Source of the DNA: Amoebidium appalachense
Taxonomy: Eukaryota; Protista; Ichthyosporea
Direction: 5' to 3'
Length of the DNA stretch: 64,000 nt
Assembly (NCBI GenBank): GCA_963693365.1
Contig: CAVNZM010000016.1
Span: 2,343,984-2,407,983 of the forward strand
This document shows, one piece after another, positions 50,564 through 64,000 of the stretch. Position 1 is the first letter of the stretch. Each line of letters begins with the position of its first letter. Under the pieces are notes generated by a model, which did no database searches, was not told where the DNA came from, and was given only the letters and a program-made list of their open reading frames with translations. The position numbers and the translations under genes were made by a program.

Positions 50564-51400
50564 ATGCCAACTTGCGCGGCTAACTACTGCAAAAATGACG
50601 AAGAAACAGTCTCTCCCAAAGATCCTACCAGGAAGATAAAGCATTTTACTGTTCCATATGGATGCAAACCAAATGTATTGGCTAGGAGGCATGCTTGGTT
50701 AAATGCTATAGGCAGGCAGGAGCAAACAAAGTATGAGCGGAAACAAATAGCAGAACACACAAAGCAAGCACCCCCCGACCCAGACACACACACAGACACA
50801 AGGCCAAAGGCCTCGGATGGGACAGACGTAAATACAGACACAACCACTACTGAGACACACACAGCTGACACACAATCCGAAAATGCCAATGACTCGGCTG
50901 TGCCAGCTGAGTAGTCGGCACAAGAACCACAACCAAAGAGGAAACGGGGGCAACCGAAGGTGGAAGTCCCCTGGCCACTGGCTATCCTTAAGCAACTGGT
51001 TGTATGCGAGGCACATTTCACCGATGATGATATTACTGCTAAGAATGGAAAACTGAAATTAACAAAGGATGCATGTCCCATCCGAATGGAACTAGACCCG
51101 ATGTACAGAGAGAAGGTACAGCTATTGAGGGAGGAAAGGGCCAATAGTCATATGCAAGCTGTAGGAATGGATGCCTCAGATAATGAGCAAACACGGAAAC
51201 GAGCGAGGGAGCGGGGGGAGACGAGCAGTGAGAGGGCTTTTGGGCGCATGAAAAATTATCGGCTGTTTGGCAATCAGGTGCAGATGTCGATGGTAGGCAC
51301 CCATTGGATGGTAGCTAAGGCTGTGGCTTTCTTGTGTAACATGCAAGAGCCACTATATAAGGATATGGTGGGGCCCGGGCACACCAAAAGCATGGTGTAG
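50564..51400 (+). pseudogene. THAP-domain transposase with a DDE_Tnp_4-like C-terminus, internally deleted
   Basis: THAP signature MPTCAANYC...FTVP...RRHAW...VVCEAHF...DACP. Tail ERAFGRMKNYRLF...AVAFLCNMQEPL resembles the Harbinger/ISL2EU C-terminus. In-frame TAG at 50912-50914. The HTH and the first two catalytic Asp regions are absent. Confidence 0.8.
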
Positions 51401-51443
51401 AATTTTCGTTTTCGATTGCCTCTCCCTAAAGCCCCCTTCTCTG

Positions 51444-51478
<35 letters not shown>

Positions 51479-51480
51479 TT

Positions 51481-51548
<68 letters not shown>

Positions 51549-51738
51549 AAAATATGAATGAATGCTTGCATGTATGTATTCGGCCAGTAGGGCTCCACTT
51601 TTCCTGTATAGGAAAATAATAATAATAATTGAAATTATTATGTATTTGTGTGCCAAGTACAACCTTGAGTCGTTCTCCCCCCCCCCCCCCCCCCCTCCCC
51701 CCCCCTTCACACACACACACAACCACGCACACACGGAA

Positions 51739-51781
<43 letters not shown>

Positions 51782-52030
51782 TTTGCACACACGCACGCAT
51801 GCACGCCCCCCCCCCCCCCCCCACACACGTGTGTGTGTGGGGGGGGGGGGGGGGGGGGGGGGCAGGTAGGCACGTATGCAAACACCAAGGGGGGAGGAGG
51901 GACCGGGGGGAGGGGGGGGGGGGGGGGTAGGAAACATATGCAGGCACCAGGGTCTGGTACATTGCTCTCAGATTTGAGACACGGTCTTCATTCATTCATT
52001 ATAGGTTCACTAGATCGGTCAGAAGATCAC

Positions 52031-52090
<60 letters not shown>

Positions 52091-52119
52091 ACAGTACACA
52101 TTATGAAAGATAACGTAAA

Positions 52120-52154
<35 letters not shown>

Positions 52155-52459
52155 AAGGAAAACAGAATCATTCAGTTGCATTTTCAGTGTTCGTGTTCAC
52201 TTCTTCTTCTTCTTCCACTTTTTGTGGTTTTCTGCCCTGTATGATGGATACATTTGCACCATAAACTTTTCATTCCAGGTAAAACTATACTTGTGTCCAG
52301 TAGGGTCTATTTGCTGTACAAATGCACGGAGCCCTACAAGGTCAGGCTTGTACTACATGATTGGGCCAATTCTTCTACACTTGGTCCTACTATCCGCCTC
52401 TTTTTCGTACCATCTGCATATTGCATCTCTATAACCTCTTCACCCTCATCATTGCACCT

Positions 52460-53549
52460 CTATAACCTCATCACCTCAGCCCCGTTTTCATACGTTCCAT
52501 GTTCGTATTCAAGATCCCACCACTCAACCTCTTCCTCCACTGCTTCACCTCCTTTCCGTCCGATTTCGACTCTTCCTGCCCGTTCGTCCCCACCCTGCTT
52601 GTTTTCTGTGCTTTTAACGGGCTTTTCCTTCCCTCTTTTCCCCTTTCTGACCCGTTGGATATGCTGGAGCAGATCTGTGAACACAACCCCCGCAGCTACC
52701 GGCCTTCCCTCGCGTCCCCAGGCCCGGCACGCCTCACTTACAGCTGCGTGCAAAGTGCCCATGCCAATTCCCCTGAGCTTTTTCACATAATCACAGCCAT
52801 TCACAATAGCAAAATAACGCAGTATTTCTATATCCCATCCGTCGAAGTTGTACTTTGTGCTTCTGGTAAAAACATCGGCGGGGGTTACAATCACTCCGTA
52901 CAGTTTGGGAATGCGCACCGCATTAGCGGTCCCAGGGATGACCGCCGCATCCGCAATGCGCAGTTTGTATACAACCCGCGGGATGTTATACAGAAGAAGG
53001 TCGGCATCCTCAGTGACAACAGTGTGTGCCAAACCGGTACGTGCCATCATAGGCAAGCTGGGGGTCTGCTTCGTATGGAGCTACTGTGTAATCGACATTC
53101 TCATCTTTCAGTCTAAGGATGATTGCATGTAAAACTCTGTTATCTAACTCTGCAGCGCTTCTCCATTTGTTTTTAGTTACTTCCTCCTGTTTCTCTCTTT
53201 TTGTGGCTATTTCTTGGCGGGCTTTGACCACCTTTTCTGCACGGTCGTTATCAACTAGTTTTCCCTCTTTCAATCTGCGCCCATCAAACACATAGTGTGG
53301 CTGGACCCCTGCTAGCCTATACGTATTAACTTTGGACATAAAGTGATTTGCAATAGCTGCATATGTGTCGTCTGTGACTTTTTTGTCATCTATTTGCTGT
53401 TTGGCTACTGTGTCAGCGAAAACTGAAAAGGACTTGTGGACCTGCACCATCCCGTCAAAAGCAACTACCCCACGTTGCAACTCTGCAGTAACATCTGTGG
53501 CTTTTTCGGCACTAATGCCGAGTGCTGGGAGCAAGCCCTGCACACCCAT
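52460..53549 (-). pseudogene. Exo1/XPG (FEN1-superfamily) 5' nuclease domain, frameshifted
   Basis: MGVQGLL, VAFDG, YVFDG, APYEADPQLAY, VVTEDADLL, GCDY and LRGIG motifs in order. One frameshift near 53048. Further degenerate coding continues to ~52170. Confidence 0.88.
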
Positions 53550-53849
53550 GGTAAAAGTGCATGTATTCAAAGTAGTTTCTTTTCATGAAAAAAATTCTTT
53601 CGGGTTGTGCGCCCTCTGCGTTAACGTGCGAACACAAAACTCGTTGTACGGTGTGGGTGCGTAGCAACGCGTTACGTAATCAGGGGGAAAAAAGGCGGCG
53701 CCAGAAAGAAATCGGGGACCACTCAAAATCGCCGATCCCGTATCCCTTAATCATGATGATGGAATGTCCGAGGGAGTGAACAAGCCTAGCTAGGCCTTGC
53801 AAGAATCCCGAAGAAGCTAGCGGAAGAAATGAGTTGTGTTCTTTTTGTT

Positions 53850-56930
<3,081 letters not shown>

Positions 56931-57027
56931 AAACCGAGAATTCCGTTTTTGCTACCGGTTTGCACTTCACTCTCACGTGTGGCGCGGCGAGTACAATAAT
57001 ATATATATATATATGTGTGTGTATGTG

Positions 57028-57124
<97 letters not shown>

Positions 57125-57399
57125 TTTCAATGCATATGGTGCAACCGTGACGTCTCAGGTTAACGTTGGTGGCCCCAACATAACATTCCCCCTTGAATCC
57201 CCCCCTCCCCCCCCCCCCCCCCCCCCTCCCTCCCTCCTCCCCCTCTCCCCGGCCTCCACGGCTTTTTTTTGGGGAAAAAAAATAACTATAGTAATCATTA
57301 TTTAAGTCACTGGGCACAGGACCATGCTTCTATTTCGCGGGCGGCCCAAATATCATGTCCGGATACGTAAGTCACAAGGGACAAACACAGTCCCGAGTA

Positions 57400-57947
57400 C
57401 AGATGCCGTCCGCCATTAAGAAGCCCCCCCCTCCCCCCCTTCAAAACGTGGTCGCGGTGGATATTCTTAAAGTTTTTGCATGGCCGCTATCATATTATTA
57501 AATGGCACGGGACCCCCCCGGGGGGAAAGGGGGGTTGAGAGAGAGGGGGGGGAGGGGGAGGGGCGGGGAGGGGAGGAGGGAGGAGAAGGGGGAGGGGGGA
57601 GGGGGGGGAGACCTATTAGGGTGGGGAGGGTTGGGCATGGCGTGTGTGTTTTGAGGGGGGAGGGGGGCGGGGGGAGGGAGGAAGGGAGAGAGGGGGGGGG
57701 GGGGGGGGGGGGGGGGGGGAGAGGAAGGGCGGGGGGGGGGGGGGGGGGGGGGGCGGCAACAGTGTATGCATCGATCCAGCAGGGTTCATTATTATTATGA
57801 TTATACGCCAGTCCGCTATTATTAAAGAATATCCCAAAATCTGTCTGTGGTGCATATTTAAAAAAAAAAAAGAAAAACGGATCCGGACTTGGCCGCTAGC
57901 GTATTCTTATTGGCAGCCCGGGTATTCTTAATGGCGGGCGGTATCTG
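57400..57947. mobile_element. Tc1/mariner-type MITE
   Basis: TA|CAGATGCCGTCCGCCATTAAGAA ... TTCTTAATGGCGGGCGGTATCTG|TA: 23-bp TIR with 2 mismatches and a TA TSD. Confidence 0.8.
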
Positions 57948-58407
57948 TATGCCGGATTTCGCCGACAGGTAATTTAATCAGTTCTCAAGAGGGGCCGCAT
58001 GCACGTACTCATCGGCAACCCCCCCGGGATGGCACGGAGTCTCACGAGCATGTCCGGTACTGCACGGCAACACCATATCCATGATATCATGCCTGAGATA
58101 AATAGTGCGGAAACCGCTAGTATATATGCACTGGCCATTAACTTGAAGTGAGACTTTCTCCACTTGAACTCAAGGCGCCAGCGGCTTAGTGCCCACTAAT
58201 TGCAAGCCCGGGCCCGGGCCAGGTTTCGTGCACCATGGCATTATTTTCAGACTTTTGAGTACCATATGCATGCCGTTCTTAAAATGCGTGTGATTATATA
58301 ATCGGGCGCCTGGCTGGCTTAAAACGAGTTTTCATGTCTGCGGACAAGGGTGTGTGGGTTGCCATGGGTGAAGGGAGAAGAGAGAGCTGTGCCCTGGGTG
58401 TATGTAC

Positions 58408-58450
<43 letters not shown>

Positions 58451-58455
58451 CGTGT

Positions 58456-58523
<68 letters not shown>

Positions 58524-58567
58524 ACGTGTACCGTAGTGTGTGTGTGTGTGTGTGTGGGGGGGGGGGG

Positions 58568-58625
<58 letters not shown>

Positions 58626-59052
58626 GAGGGGGGGGGGGGGGGGGGGGGATTGCAGCGTGACTTTTGAACCACGGGTCTTCCTTTGTGTGCTATAATCGGG
58701 CGCGGCACCTGACCCAAAAAATCTTCGAAGTTCACGTCTACTTACCAGAATGCACGTGTTAAACCTGCCAATGCTATGAGATTTGAAGCAACCGACCAGT
58801 GCACCACTCGAAACATACCTCATTATTTAAATTCTATTATCAGTAACTTTAAAGTATGGATGCATAGGGCCTTTTGAGTTCGAATTGAAGACGTACTCAT
58901 ATGATCAGGTGGCACCTTTTGTGTTACAGTAGCGATTGTGTACCAGCATCCAATATAACGATTCGAAACAAAGCTACGCGTCAGAAAGGGAATCTATATA
59001 CAGGATTCTCCCCCCCCCCCCCCCTGGAAAAAACACCCCAAAAAGGGGGTGG

Positions 59053-59158
<106 letters not shown>

Positions 59159-59201
59159 TCTGTGCGTGCGTGCGTGCGTGCGTGTGTGTGCGTGTGTGTG
59201 T

Positions 59202-59248
<47 letters not shown>

Positions 59249-59359
59249 GCGTGTGTGTGTGCGCGTATGTGTGGAAGGGGGGGGCGGCGCGGGAGGGAGG
59301 AGTACAGCATCAAACCCATAAGATATGAGGGCTGAATGTTTTTCTTTTTTTTTTTTTTC

Positions 59360-59390
<31 letters not shown>

Positions 59391-59477
59391 GTAAACACAT
59401 TCCGAAGAACTTGAGAAAACAAGTGGGGCCGGAGACTCTCTAATACAGGTCATGTGACCTACGAGCCGTATGATTGG

Positions 59478-63825
<4,348 letters not shown>

Positions 63826-63839
63826 CTGGGTATTGGGGG

Positions 63840-63900
<61 letters not shown>

Positions 63901-63929
63901 CGTCCGTGCGTGCGTGTGTGCGTGCGTGC

Positions 63930-63964
<35 letters not shown>

Positions 63965-64000
63965 GAAGGGGGGGGGGGGGGGGGGGGGGGGAAGGGGTGG

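Larger units (their letters stand above)
50346..53746. mobile_element. TIR DNA transposon (PIF/Harbinger-ISL2EU-related transposase plus Exo1/XPG-like nuclease), defective copy
   Basis: Perfect 14-bp TIR GGGATACGGGATCG / CGATCCCGTATCCC with TTAA on both sides. A second inverted motif CTTTCTGGCGCCGC at 50373-50386 and 53695-53708. Two convergent ORFs inside. Confidence 0.88.

Noticed and set aside
50346-53746. piggyBac or Kolobok assignment based on TTAA
   Set aside because: The residual transposase C-terminus resembles DDE_Tnp_4 (PIF/Harbinger group), and the termini start GGG rather than the piggyBac CCC/CCY.

Overview
Eukaryotic, intron-rich DNA saturated with microsatellites and homopolymers ((CA)n, (GA)n, poly-C/G). 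Almost all ORFs in the supplied track are repeat artefacts, so genes were rebuilt by hand from splice sites and protein motifs. Genes: a 6-exon secreted subtilisin (S8) with a Thr stalk and 3 EGF repeats (1988-5665); a ~20 kb ankyrin-repeat/C2H2 zinc-finger gene with one ankyrin repeat per 99-nt exon (7188-27666); two intronless, convergent C2H2 paralogues (37693-39039 +, 46393-47808 -); and the 3' half of a DCAF8/DCAF6/WDTC1-type WD40 gene (59478-63825 -). Mobile DNA: four copies of an APE-RT LINE with an internal (CA)n and an unusual C-ending 3' terminus, a second LINE family, a hAT-like shell with nested LINEs, several MITEs, and a family of intronic repeats that end in CATTCAA plus poly-C. 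The top candidate for a new system is a 3.4-kb TIR transposon (50346-53746) flanked by TTAA. It pairs a THAP/PIF-Harbinger-type transposase remnant with a convergent Exo1/XPG-family nuclease. All calls come from manual reading; no database searches were run.
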